NCBI GenBank assembly: GCA_051546255.1
Contig: CP128815.1
Location: 620,001-684,000, forward strand
Source: Meyerozyma guilliermondii
Taxonomy: Eukaryota
Direction: 5' to 3'
Length of the DNA stretch: 64,000 bases
The first letter of the stretch is position 1. Each line of letters opens with the position of its first letter. A program made the translations under genes and the position numbers. Below are positions 9,445-19,040 of this stretch, in pieces. The notes under the pieces are model-generated. The model did not search any database, was not told the origin of the DNA, and saw nothing but the letters and a program-made list of their open reading frames with translations.

Positions 9445-10179
9445 ATGGACCCTACGCTCAATCCACACGAAGTGGAACTTCGCGAACAAGATAGGTGGCT
9501 TCCCATAGCAAATGTGTCCCGGCTCATGAAAAACACTCTTCCTAATACCGCCAAAGTTTCCAAAGATGCAAAAGAATGTATGCAAGAATGTGTTTCCGAG
9601 TTTATATCTTTCTTAACGAGCGAGGCCTCGGAGCGGTGTCTCCGGGAAAAACGAAAAACCATAAACGGTGAAGATATCTTGTACTCGATGCATGATCTTG
9701 GATTTGAAAATTACGCTGAGGCCCTTAAAATTTATTTGGCCAAGTACCGAGAACAGCAGGCTATCAAGCAGGAACGAGGCGAGACCCGGGTGTCTCGAAA
9801 ACACTCCAAGTCCAGCCTGCAAATTCCTGTGGACACTGGAGAAACGGCGGTGACAGAGTCGCCCATCAATGACGATATGATACAACCCTATGAAAACGGT
9901 CAAGAACAGTATGAAAGTGGAGGAGACCAAGACCAAGAAAACTCCGAAGAACACACCTTTTTCTATGGAGACCGAGAAAAGTTGAAAGAGGAACTGGAAG
10001 ACCACCAAATTCCACTCCAAGAAGTAACCAAGCACGACGACTATCAGTACCACGACTTTATCAGCGATCCAAACGAAGAGCCATTGAACGAGAACCACAA
10101 TATTGACGAGTTGACCAAGCAATTGACCAACGAAGACTCGGAAATTGACACCCTCGCGGGCGATACGAACTACTTTTAA
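9445..10179 (+). CDS. HAP3: CCAAT-binding complex subunit Hap3 (NF-YB) with acidic C-terminal tail
   Basis: [18 protein letters not shown]...[20 protein letters not shown]...[11 protein letters not shown] histone fold. Confidence 0.95.
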   Translation: MDPTLNPHEVELREQDRWLPIANVSRLMKNTLPNTAKVSKDAKECMQECVSEFISFLTSEASERCLREKRKTINGEDILYSMHDLGFENYAEALKIYLAKYREQQAIKQERGETRVSRKHSKSSLQIPVDTGETAVTESPINDDMIQPYENGQEQYESGGDQDQENSEEHTFFYGDREKLKEELEDHQIPLQEVTKHDDYQYHDFISDPNEEPLNENHNIDELTKQLTNEDSEIDTLAGDTNYF

Positions 10180-10246
10180 CTTCTAAAAAACTTTACTTCT
10201 AATGTGTTTTACTATAAATATTTGGCTAGACCCGCTAGTCACCTTC

Positions 10247-11257
10247 CTACAACACACTACGACACACGGGACAAGTTTCAGCATAGTTGGCCCACTCGTG
10301 TAGACATTGAAGGTGGAAACTGTGTTTGCAGGTGGTGGTGCGACACTCATTGTCAAGGGTATCAAAGCAAATGGAACAGTCACCATTTGGGGGAGCTGAC
10401 TTGAGCTTTAGAAGCCGGGTTCGTTTCCGGTGCAACATGATCAAATGCCGGGTTTTGGTGACTAGAACTCGAAGACTCATGTAACTTGATGGCATGATGT
10501 GAAATGGAAAAGTGTAAAAATAGAGAAACACCACCGAAAAAATACACACTATGAGAAACCGTGAGAGATTAACCAAGAACTCAGCAACGTGGACTGCCTG
10601 GTTCATCCGGGATGTCTTTGAGTAATGGTTTTGTCGGTACAATGTACAGGTATATTTGACCCCGGTCAAGACAATGAGAGGAAACATATTGATGATTTCA
10701 AAGCCGAAAATTGCCGCCAAGATGTTGTCGCCAAACGACGATTTGTGCATCGACCGAAAGTTGTCTACCTCTTTGAAAAATCTGCTGATAAGTAGTATAT
10801 CAATGAAGCCAATTAGTAGTATTCCCATTCCAAATCGGTGATGAGCCCACCGAAAATTTCCATTTAAATTGCCAAACACAGTATTCACTCGGTCGGCACT
10901 CAAGAAATGAAAGCATTTAAGGAGAAGAACGCATAAAAATAAACCAGAAAACTTGAAAAGCTCGTTTTTGATGTCGGCCATGTCTCTCTTGGTATTGACG
11001 AAAAAAAGAATAAAACCAAACGAAAATTCCCAACCAGTGTAAAAAACCCGGTCTTTCAAGTGCTTGACCTCATTCCTCGTAAGTCTTCCAAACATCCCCC
11101 ACTTGACACAATTTACGATCAAAAGAAACCCTAGGAAACAAAGATGGTAGAATGACAAGTTCAAACCATGAAATCTAGTTTGAAATTTCGCAAGGCTTTC
11201 TGACTTGGAAAAGTCTATTTCGTACGCAAGTCGTCGACAAAAAGTGTTCCCCAACAT
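10247..11257 (-). CDS. Membrane RING-H2 E3 ligase, Hrd1-like (short paralog)
   Basis: Several TM segments with Hrd1-like FGRLT..E..H, LLLKCFHFLSADRV, FGFE; C-terminal CSIC...CKHSFH..C..W...CPVCR. ATG 11257 preferred; upstream ATG at 11359 also possible. Confidence 0.8.
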   Translation of the reverse strand: MLGNTFCRRLAYEIDFSKSESLAKFQTRFHGLNLSFYHLCFLGFLLIVNCVKWGMFGRLTRNEVKHLKDRVFYTGWEFSFGFILFFVNTKRDMADIKNELFKFSGLFLCVLLLKCFHFLSADRVNTVFGNLNGNFRWAHHRFGMGILLIGFIDILLISRFFKEVDNFRSMHKSSFGDNILAAIFGFEIINMFPLIVLTGVKYTCTLYRQNHYSKTSRMNQAVHVAEFLVNLSRFLIVCIFSVVFLYFYTFPFHIMPSSYMSLRVLVTKTRHLIMLHRKRTRLLKLKSAPPNGDCSICFDTLDNECRTTTCKHSFHLQCLHEWANYAETCPVCRSVL

Positions 11258-11567
11258 GTCTGAAGTTTTATAGGGACTAGTTGGTGAATGTTTTAAATGC
11301 AAAAGAATACGCAATAGAGAACAAGCTCGCATCAGCCTGCAGGATGCAGCGTTTGACATAAGAGAGATTACCCGATAGGGGTAGCCGCCAAAGAGGTCAT
11401 AAGCACCCCAAAAATTTCTGAAATTCTAGACTGGTTTCATCTAGAGCTTCTGCGTTCCAAATCAAACTTAGGGCAAATTTTGCCAAGTCCCGCCTCGATT
11501 ACTCGTGTTCGCCTACCGCACCGTGCATCGTCTTCGCTGCAGCGTGCCGCATCCGGCATGTGGGTTC

Positions 11568-11585
11568 TGAAAAATTTGAGATGAG
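11568..11585 (+). promoter_or_regulatory. RRPE (TGAAAAATTT) followed by PAC (GAGATGAG) upstream of NCL1
   Basis: Adjacent consensus matches about 30-50 nt before the ATG at 11617. Confidence 0.7.
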
Positions 11586-11616
11586 GTGCATGAATCTTAG
11601 AAAGTTGTCAGTAGCT

Positions 11617-13605
11617 ATGGGTAAGAGAAACTTTCGCAAGAACAAGGGCAACCAGAAGAGCTTTGGAAACCGTAATGAGGGCCGTCAGGAGTACTGGACA
11701 GAACAGGTTCGTGAGAACGAAAAGTGGGAGAAATACTACAAGACCATGAACATCATTGGAGACGATGAATGGGATACTTTCAAGAAACACTGTCAAGAAA
11801 ATTTACCATTGACGTTCCGTATCACTGGATCTCGTGCGCATTCCAAAGAAATCAATGAAAATTTTATCGAAAATCACGTATCCAAATTGCAAGATGCCGA
11901 ATTCGAAGGTGTGAAATTGATGCCCAAGAATTTGCAATACTATCCAAACAAGCTTGGATGGCAATTGGATGTTTCCAAGGCGGTTATACGTAAAAACGAG
12001 CAGTTTGCAAAGACCCAGAGGTTCTTGGTGCTTGAAACTGAAGTTGGTAACATTTCTAGACAAGAGGCCGTTTCGATGATTCCACCTCTCTTGATGGATA
12101 TCAAGCCACACCATGCTGTATTCGATATGTGTGCAGCTCCAGGTTCCAAGACGGCTCAATTGGTCGAGGCGTTGCACGCAGAAGACGAAAAAAAGGCCCC
12201 TACAGGATTTGTGTTGGCCAATGACTCCGACTATAAGCGGTCTCATATGTTGGTTCATCAAGTGAAGCGATTAAATTCTCCCAACTTTATGGTGGTTAAC
12301 CATGATGCCCAGCTCTTCCCCAAGATCAAGTTGAACGGAGCATCTGAGTTCTTGAAGTTTGACAGAATTCTTTGTGATGTGCCTTGCTCTGGTGATGGAA
12401 CCATGAGAAAAAATGTCAATGTGTGGAAAGATTTCACCGTGGGAAATGCATTGGGTTTGCATCTGTTGCAGGTGAACATCTTGAACAGAGGCTTGCAATT
12501 GCTCAAGAAAGGTGGTCGTTTGGTCTACTCAACCTGTTCTTTGTCTCCTGTGGAAAATGAGGCAGTTGTAGCAGCTGCGTTGAGAAAATGGGGTGCCCAA
12601 ATTAAACTAGTAAATTGTGACGACGAATTGCCCGGTTTGGTCAGACGTAAAGGTCTTAGTACCTGGAAAGTTTTGGGAAAAGATATGGAAGAGAAAGAAA
12701 AGGGTGCCGAGGGTATACCAGAAACTGCGTTCCCACCATCAGAAACCGAAGCTGGAGAATTCCACTTGGAAAACTGTATTAGAGTCTACCCTCATTTACA
12801 GAACACTGGAGGTTTTTTCATCACTGTGTTTGAGAAAATCGACCCTGAAGCTGATAAAGTTGCAGCCAAGAGAGGTGCGGATGAAGACGAAGAAGAAAGC
12901 AAAAAACAGAAAATAGATGAAAAGACTGAACAGAAACCAAAGAAAGAACGTTTGCCCAGAGATGCCAATGAAGAACCTTTTATTTTCCTCGATCCTCAGC
13001 ACCCGGAATTGGCCAAGTGCTGGCCATTTTATGGCTTTAGCGACGACTTTGCGCGGGACTGCACATTGGTCAGAAATGCTACCGGAGAACCATTGAGAAC
13101 CATCTACTATGTGGCACCAGTTATCAGAGATATACTCACTATCACCGAGCAGAAACTCAAGATTGTCCATGGAGGTATAAAGCTCTTTGTGGCCCAGAGA
13201 AGTGATACTGGAAGTTGTCCATGGAGAGTTCAAAACGAATCGTTGCATACTATCAAGCCATACTTGAGTGATGCTCGTCTGTTGAAATGTAATTTGAAAT
13301 TGTTGGAAAAATTGTTCCAAGAAGCTTTCCCCAAAATTGAAGCTATAAAAGAGGAAGGAATCGACCCAGAATTTTCTGAGAGGTTGGATGCAATGTCAGA
13401 AGGATGTGTGTTCCTCACTGTGGAACGTGAAGAAGGATTAGAAGATTTATTCTTGCCATTATGGAAAGGAAGAACCAATGTCAACTTGATGGTGAACAAA
13501 AAAGACACTAATGAACTACTTTATAGAGTATTTGGCATTGAAACTCTGGCCAAAGATGCCGGAAAAGAGGCTGCTTATCAGCAAAAGAAGGAAGCTACGG
13601 TATAA
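11617..13605 (+). CDS. NCL1: tRNA (cytosine-C5) methyltransferase Trm4/Ncl1 (NSUN2)
   Basis: ISRQEAVSMIPP, DMCAAPGSKTAQL, FDRILCDVPCSGDG, YSTCSL, PHLQNTGGFF. Confidence 0.96.
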   Translation: MGKRNFRKNKGNQKSFGNRNEGRQEYWTEQVRENEKWEKYYKTMNIIGDDEWDTFKKHCQENLPLTFRITGSRAHSKEINENFIENHVSKLQDAEFEGVKLMPKNLQYYPNKLGWQLDVSKAVIRKNEQFAKTQRFLVLETEVGNISRQEAVSMIPPLLMDIKPHHAVFDMCAAPGSKTAQLVEALHAEDEKKAPTGFVLANDSDYKRSHMLVHQVKRLNSPNFMVVNHDAQLFPKIKLNGASEFLKFDRILCDVPCSGDGTMRKNVNVWKDFTVGNALGLHLLQVNILNRGLQLLKKGGRLVYSTCSLSPVENEAVVAAALRKWGAQIKLVNCDDELPGLVRRKGLSTWKVLGKDMEEKEKGAEGIPETAFPPSETEAGEFHLENCIRVYPHLQNTGGFFITVFEKIDPEADKVAAKRGADEDEEESKKQKIDEKTEQKPKKERLPRDANEEPFIFLDPQHPELAKCWPFYGFSDDFARDCTLVRNATGEPLRTIYYVAPVIRDILTITEQKLKIVHGGIKLFVAQRSDTGSCPWRVQNESLHTIKPYLSDARLLKCNLKLLEKLFQEAFPKIEAIKEEGIDPEFSERLDAMSEGCVFLTVEREEGLEDLFLPLWKGRTNVNLMVNKKDTNELLYRVFGIETLAKDAGKEAAYQQKKEATV

Positions 13606-13617
13606 TGCATGAGTTAT

Positions 13618-14205
13618 TCATTCATCCTCGTTATTTCCTCTATCTTCATCCACACTGTCTTCTTCATTTTCTTCATTCTCTTCATCCTCATTTTCTCTTT
13701 CTTCATTCTCTTCATCCTCATTTTCATCTCTTTCTTCATCTTTTTCTTCCACAAATAGCTGTGCACTTTCGTCAATGGCTTGGTCGATCCAATGTTCGGC
13801 AAGCAAACCAAAAGCAAGTAGCGCTGTTTCGTCCATGGTTCGAATCGTGCCTTTTCGACTTGAAAATTTGTCGCTGGCATAGTAATGGAATGCCTTGAGA
13901 AACTCCGACGAGGGAAGTCCCTGTCCAGCAGGAAACTCGTCTCGGTATTTTAAGGGTATTTTGACTTCGGTGGTATTGCTCAACTGTAAAACTTCATCCG
14001 CCGGTAGCGTATGGCCCTTGGATTTATATATATCTGGGTTATCTCGATCGAGATCAATTTCAACATCGAGATGAGTTCCATCTGTCGTTATTTTTGCCCC
14101 AGATTTTAGTAACTTTTTATGGTCTATGGACACTCCTGTTTTGATGTCACCATTGCACAGACTATAAACGGTTGCATTGGCTATGTCCTGGCGTGTGTAG
14201 TTCAT
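13618..14205 (-). CDS. RRN10: Pol I upstream activation factor subunit Rrn10-like
   Basis: VYSLCNG, ADEVL, LPSSEFLKAFHYYAS, MDETALLAFGLLAEHW; adjacent to NCL1 as in S. cerevisiae; acidic ENEDEENEE tail. Confidence 0.75.
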   Translation of the reverse strand: MNYTRQDIANATVYSLCNGDIKTGVSIDHKKLLKSGAKITTDGTHLDVEIDLDRDNPDIYKSKGHTLPADEVLQLSNTTEVKIPLKYRDEFPAGQGLPSSEFLKAFHYYASDKFSSRKGTIRTMDETALLAFGLLAEHWIDQAIDESAQLFVEEKDEERDENEDEENEERENEDEENEENEEDSVDEDRGNNEDE

Positions 14206-14326
14206 AAGTAAATGTTAACAGTGAGTTTCAACGAGCAGTGCTCTGCTCGCTCTGCTCTGCGCTCGCGAATCTGCACAGAATCTATTCACTCGCAGCGCGC
14301 AACAAACAAACATACTTGATGGCCTC

Positions 14327-15568
14327 ATGTATTCCTCCCTACTAAAACTGCGTGAATTACACGATGATCTCCGGGCTATCGCCAACGAGGATTTGAGTCG
14401 TAAAGCACTCATCCGCTTGGCTGTTCTAAAAGCTCTTCAATTGGATCATAAGCGTTTCAAAATGTCGCCCGAAGGTTTTGAAAATCGAATAGATGAACTC
14501 AATTCCAAGAAACATGAGTATGAGGTGTCGCTCAGTAAGCTCAGACAACAGTATATCACCAAGGAACGAATACAGGAGCTGAAAATCGAACAATTGCACG
14601 ATGAAGTCACCCGACTCAAGCTTCAACTTAAAGGTAAAACCAACGTTTCTGAACGTCCTCCGCCTCCCAGGAAACAGACCGGGATATTTTCGACATCCCC
14701 GTATCTCTCTAGAGCCTTATCGCAGAAAAGAGAGGCAAAAAACTATTTAAGTCCAACAATCAACTCGTTGAACAAATCGCTTCTCGCAGACACAACGGTT
14801 CTTTCACCAATTCCAGCACGGAAAAAGAAACCCAAACGAGAGTACACAACGTATAAGAACTTTGGTAAGAAGTTAGGCACCGACAGCACAGGCGAGAGCG
14901 CCGAAAATACTGTTCAAAGTGTAAAAAATCAGAAACCAAAACCAAAACCAAAGGACAAAGAGCCAAAAGAAAATGAAGATCATCACGAAAAAGAAAGCCA
15001 GGATGTGCTTGGAGACCTTCCCCAACCCACACAGTCGACTCCGGAACGGGCATTACAAAAAATGACAACGAGAAGCGCAGCTCGTGGAGGCTCACCTACA
15101 AAGACACCATCGCGACTATCTTTCGTTGAAAATTTTGATCGTTCTGACGACGATTCTTCTGATCTCGAGCACCAATCCGCTTCCAGCACCCCCAACCGTA
15201 CTCCAGGTAGTCTTTTTGACCAGCCGCAGTCGTTTGAGGAAGTCTTAAACCAGCACTCTTTCTCGCAGAATATGGGCACCTCTACGCCCGGCCCTAACAT
15301 TTCCGCCGAGTCCATGAACATTCTGGCGTCCACTCCCACTACAAAACCAAAACGAAAGCTCAGCTTGCGCAAAGCCCTGCTGTCGAAAATTACCTTGGCG
15401 CCAAATAAAAGCCATATAAATCTCGACGACGACCAGGTCGTCGACTACCGAGATGAACAATTTGCAGACACAAGTTTTGGCTCACCCAAAGCCAGGTCTG
15501 GCGAAAGAAAGCCGGTGGCTTCAAGTGATCCGCCGCGTAAGAAGAGAAACGTTTTCAAAATCGACTAA
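14327..15568 (+). CDS. Coiled-coil plus disordered SP/TP-rich protein, possibly Lrs4/Mde4-like
   Basis: N-terminal coiled coil, many SP/TP sites, basic clusters (KPKRKL, PPRKKR). The ORF is solid but the family call is weak. Confidence 0.7.
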   Translation: MYSSLLKLRELHDDLRAIANEDLSRKALIRLAVLKALQLDHKRFKMSPEGFENRIDELNSKKHEYEVSLSKLRQQYITKERIQELKIEQLHDEVTRLKLQLKGKTNVSERPPPPRKQTGIFSTSPYLSRALSQKREAKNYLSPTINSLNKSLLADTTVLSPIPARKKKPKREYTTYKNFGKKLGTDSTGESAENTVQSVKNQKPKPKPKDKEPKENEDHHEKESQDVLGDLPQPTQSTPERALQKMTTRSAARGGSPTKTPSRLSFVENFDRSDDDSSDLEHQSASSTPNRTPGSLFDQPQSFEEVLNQHSFSQNMGTSTPGPNISAESMNILASTPTTKPKRKLSLRKALLSKITLAPNKSHINLDDDQVVDYRDEQFADTSFGSPKARSGERKPVASSDPPRKKRNVFKID

Positions 15569-15674
15569 ATATACCTCCTACTCACTAACCATTGTAGCAC
15601 CAAAGGCCCTGTGTTGGATGCAGGACCGCGCTTATGAATTCTCACCATTTGATTTAGTCAACTCCACATTGAGT

Positions 15675-18600
15675 ATGTCGATGGCAAAAACGTACATGCG
15701 GCATGTTCTGAGGCTTCGCGGGCCGCAGAAAAGCATAGTACGCTGTGCTACTTCGGCCGCATCTCCTCAGATACCCAGATTTGTATCAAATGAAAAAAAT
15801 GCTCGCAAACGACGGATTGCGACCGTCGAGTCGATTTGGAACGGCGACTTTTCGGGCCCATCGGAACCGTTCCGCGCATTTCCCGGTGATAGCACAAATG
15901 CCACGTCTTCTGTGTTTGTCTCAGATTCTTCTACAGGCGACAAGTCCGGCGTACCGTCTGATAACACCGATGGTAGTGCTGACAAAGCCCCGGTAGAGCG
16001 TGAAAAGAATGATGAAAGAGATGAAAAAGACGACTCGCCGGGCAAAGAGGTTCCTTCAGATGACCAGCCAAAGACACCTGAGCCGCTGAAAGACACAGAA
16101 AAGTCAGATTCGTCGATTTCTTCGTCGGGACTCGGTGGTACTTCGGATACTCCAGGTGCTCCGGGTGCTCCAGGATCTCCCCTGGGGGGCAACGGAGGCA
16201 ATGGAAGTGGCAACGGTCCAGAGGAACAGGCGGTGGATCCAGAAACAGGACTTTATCCTCCACTTCTTGCGATCCCAATGAAGGACAGACCTCCACTTCC
16301 AGGACGGCCATTCGCCATTAACATTACCGATCCCGACGTTATTCGGTCCATTTACACCATCATAGACAAACGAGAGCCCTACTTTCTCTTGTTCCATGTA
16401 AAGGACCCCAATGAGCCCGACACCGATATCATCAGAAGCAAAGATTCCGTGTACGATATCGGTGTTCATTGCCAGATTATTCGTCATACTACGCCCCGTC
16501 CTGGGGTGTTCAATGTGTTGGGATATCCTTTGGATAGATGCCAATTGCAAGAATTGAGCAGTCCCAGCGACCGTAAAAAGACCAACTCAGACAAGAAAGT
16601 TGACGCTTCCTCTGCCTCGGATGCTTCGTATTTGAGCGGCCTTAATGTGTCGTATGCTACCGTCAAGCGTGTCTCAGATGAACCCTATGACGAAGAGTCT
16701 GCTGATATCAAGTCATTGGTGGAGTCGCTCAAGACTCTTTTGAGCAAGATGGGAGGAAAGAATCCACTTGAAAAACTCCAAATCAAAGAGGGCACGGAAT
16801 TGGTCAACAATCCCTCCAAGTTGGCCGATTTTGTGGGTTCGACAATCCATGGTAACCCCAAAAAAATCCAGGAAATCTTGGAGACCTTGAATGTTCAATC
16901 CAGGTTATCCAAGGCTTTGGAATTATTGAAGGTAGAATTAAAAGCCAGTATGATCAAAGAGAACACCATTCACAACTTGAGCTCGAAAGCTGATGAGTAC
17001 CAAACCAGACTTTTCATTAAGGAGTTTATCAAGGAACTTCAGAAAAGAGCTGGAATCAGTGAATCGGAGGACAAGAAAACCCACAAATTCGATGAACGGC
17101 TCAAGCATTTGAAATTGACTGAAGAGGCCATGGAGGCATACAACGCTGAAAAGACCAAGATGGAAAGCCAGAACGAGCATTCAAGCGAGTTGGGCGTAAG
17201 TGAGCGGTATCTTGACTGGTTGACTTCTATCCCATGGGGAATTTATTCAAAAGACCGTTTCAGTATCAAGCGTGCGAGAGAGATTCTTGACCGTGACCAC
17301 TATGGTTTAAAGGACGTCAAGGACCGTATTTTGGAGTTCATTTCCATTGGTAAAGTTTCGGGCAAAGTGGACGGAAAAATATTGTGTTTAGCGGGTCCAC
17401 CAGGTACCGGAAAGACGTCGATTGCTCGGTCGATTGCTGAGGCGCTCGATAGAAAGTACGTAAGAATTGCCATGGGTGGTATTCAAGACGTCCACGAAGT
17501 GAAGGGTCATCGTCGTACTTACGTTGGTTCGATTCCAGGACGTATTATCTTTGCACTCAAGCAAGCCAAAACTTCGAATCCTTTGATGTTGATTGATGAA
17601 ATCGACAAGTTGGATTTGAGTAGAGGTGGTGGTGCTGCATCTGCATTCTTGGAGATTTTGGATCCGGAACAAAACAACTCTTTTGTGGACAATTACATCG
17701 ATGTTAAGGTTGATTTGTCCAAGGTATTATTTGTGTGTACTGCCAATTATTTGGGCAACATTCCTGCTCCATTGCGTGATAGAATGGAGATCATTGATGT
17801 TTCCGGCTATACCAACAACGAGAAGATTGAGATTGCTAAGCGTCACTTGATTCCTGATGCTGCCAAGAAAGCTGGGTTGGATCCTCGCCATGTGAAGATC
17901 CCAACCGAAACCATTAGTCGTCTTATTGAAAAGTACTGTCGTGAAAGTGGACTTCGTAATGTGAAAAAGTTCATTAACCGAATCTACAGCAAAGCTTCGA
18001 TGAAGATCGTGGAAGACATCGAGCTGAGAGAAGAAGAAGTTTCTGCCAAGGAAGAGAGATCAGCCGAAGATGAAGATAAGGCTGAGATTGTCAAAACTGA
18101 GTCGGTCGAGAAGACAGACGCAAAGGATGAAAAGGTGGACAAGGAACCCGCACAGGCAACTGCCACAGAGTTTTCTGCCGATGGAGTAGCGGCCGATGCA
18201 AAGAAAGATTCTAGCGAAGAATCTACGTCCTCTGAGGACGAAAACTTGCCGGAGCCAATTGCTATTCCCGAGGATGTGGAAATTACGGTTTCTGTGGATA
18301 CGCTCAAGGATTACGTGGGACCTGAGATTTACACGAGAGATCGTGTTTACGACAACCCTCCTCCTGGTGTTGCTACTGGCCTCTCATACAGCTCATCTGG
18401 AAATGGCGATGCTCTCTACATTGAGTCTATTTTGACGCATTCAATTGCATCGGGATCGGGTTCTCCAGGCATGCATGTCACCGGTAGCTTGAAGGATGTG
18501 ATGAAGGAATCTGCTTCGATTGCCTACTCATTTACGAAACTGTTCATGTCGAAAAAGTACCCTAATAATCGGTTTTTCGAGGCAGCGGACATCCATGTCC

Positions 18601-19001
18601 ATTGTCCAGATGGTGCAATTCCCAAAGATGGGCCATCTGCGGGTATCTCGTTCACTTCCTCTTTGATTTCCTTGGCCATCAACAAACCTCTTCCACCAGA
18701 AGTTGCCATGACTGGTGAAATAACTGTTACTGGCCGTGTGCTTCCTGTGGGAGGATTGCGAGAGAAGTTGTTGGGTGCCAAGCGGTACGGATGCACCAAG
18801 GTGATTTTCCCTAAGGATATCGAAAATGTGCTTGAAGAGATTCCTGAAGAGGTGAAGGAAGGAATTGAGCTCATTCCTGTTGAGTGGTACCAGGAGGTAT
18901 TCGACCATATCTTCCCCAACACTTCTGTGGAAGAGATCAATGATATCTGGAAGGACGACTTTGCTGCCTTGGATCAGAAGAAGAAAGCAAAGAGAAAGTA
19001 A
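15675..19001 (+). CDS. PIM1: Mitochondrial Lon protease
   Basis: Arg-rich presequence, Walker A GPPGTGKT, LIDEIDK, catalytic PKDGPSAG and GGLREK; ATG 15675 or 15681. Confidence 0.96.
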   Translation: MSMAKTYMRHVLRLRGPQKSIVRCATSAASPQIPRFVSNEKNARKRRIATVESIWNGDFSGPSEPFRAFPGDSTNATSSVFVSDSSTGDKSGVPSDNTDGSADKAPVEREKNDERDEKDDSPGKEVPSDDQPKTPEPLKDTEKSDSSISSSGLGGTSDTPGAPGAPGSPLGGNGGNGSGNGPEEQAVDPETGLYPPLLAIPMKDRPPLPGRPFAINITDPDVIRSIYTIIDKREPYFLLFHVKDPNEPDTDIIRSKDSVYDIGVHCQIIRHTTPRPGVFNVLGYPLDRCQLQELSSPSDRKKTNSDKKVDASSASDASYLSGLNVSYATVKRVSDEPYDEESADIKSLVESLKTLLSKMGGKNPLEKLQIKEGTELVNNPSKLADFVGSTIHGNPKKIQEILETLNVQSRLSKALELLKVELKASMIKENTIHNLSSKADEYQTRLFIKEFIKELQKRAGISESEDKKTHKFDERLKHLKLTEEAMEAYNAEKTKMESQNEHSSELGVSERYLDWLTSIPWGIYSKDRFSIKRAREILDRDHYGLKDVKDRILEFISIGKVSGKVDGKILCLAGPPGTGKTSIARSIAEALDRKYVRIAMGGIQDVHEVKGHRRTYVGSIPGRIIFALKQAKTSNPLMLIDEIDKLDLSRGGGAASAFLEILDPEQNNSFVDNYIDVKVDLSKVLFVCTANYLGNIPAPLRDRMEIIDVSGYTNNEKIEIAKRHLIPDAAKKAGLDPRHVKIPTETISRLIEKYCRESGLRNVKKFINRIYSKASMKIVEDIELREEEVSAKEERSAEDEDKAEIVKTESVEKTDAKDEKVDKEPAQATATEFSADGVAADAKKDSSEESTSSEDENLPEPIAIPEDVEITVSVDTLKDYVGPEIYTRDRVYDNPPPGVATGLSYSSSGNGDALYIESILTHSIASGSGSPGMHVTGSLKDVMKESASIAYSFTKLFMSKKYPNNRFFEAADIHVHCPDGAIPKDGPSAGISFTSSLISLAINKPLPPEVAMTGEITVTGRVLPVGGLREKLLGAKRYGCTKVIFPKDIENVLEEIPEEVKEGIELIPVEWYQEVFDHIFPNTSVEEINDIWKDDFAALDQKKKAKRK

Positions 19002-19040
19002 GGTTTTGTATATATCAGATAGTGTACATATATGTCACAG

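Noticed and set aside
13605..13898. His/Leu/Phe-rich and Met/Lys-rich ORFs
   Set aside because: Alternative-frame shadows of the acidic repeat tail of RRN10.
15453..15674. N-terminal extension of PIM1 in the ORF track
   Set aside because: It overlaps the end of the upstream gene; the presequence-like segment begins at ATG 15675/15681.
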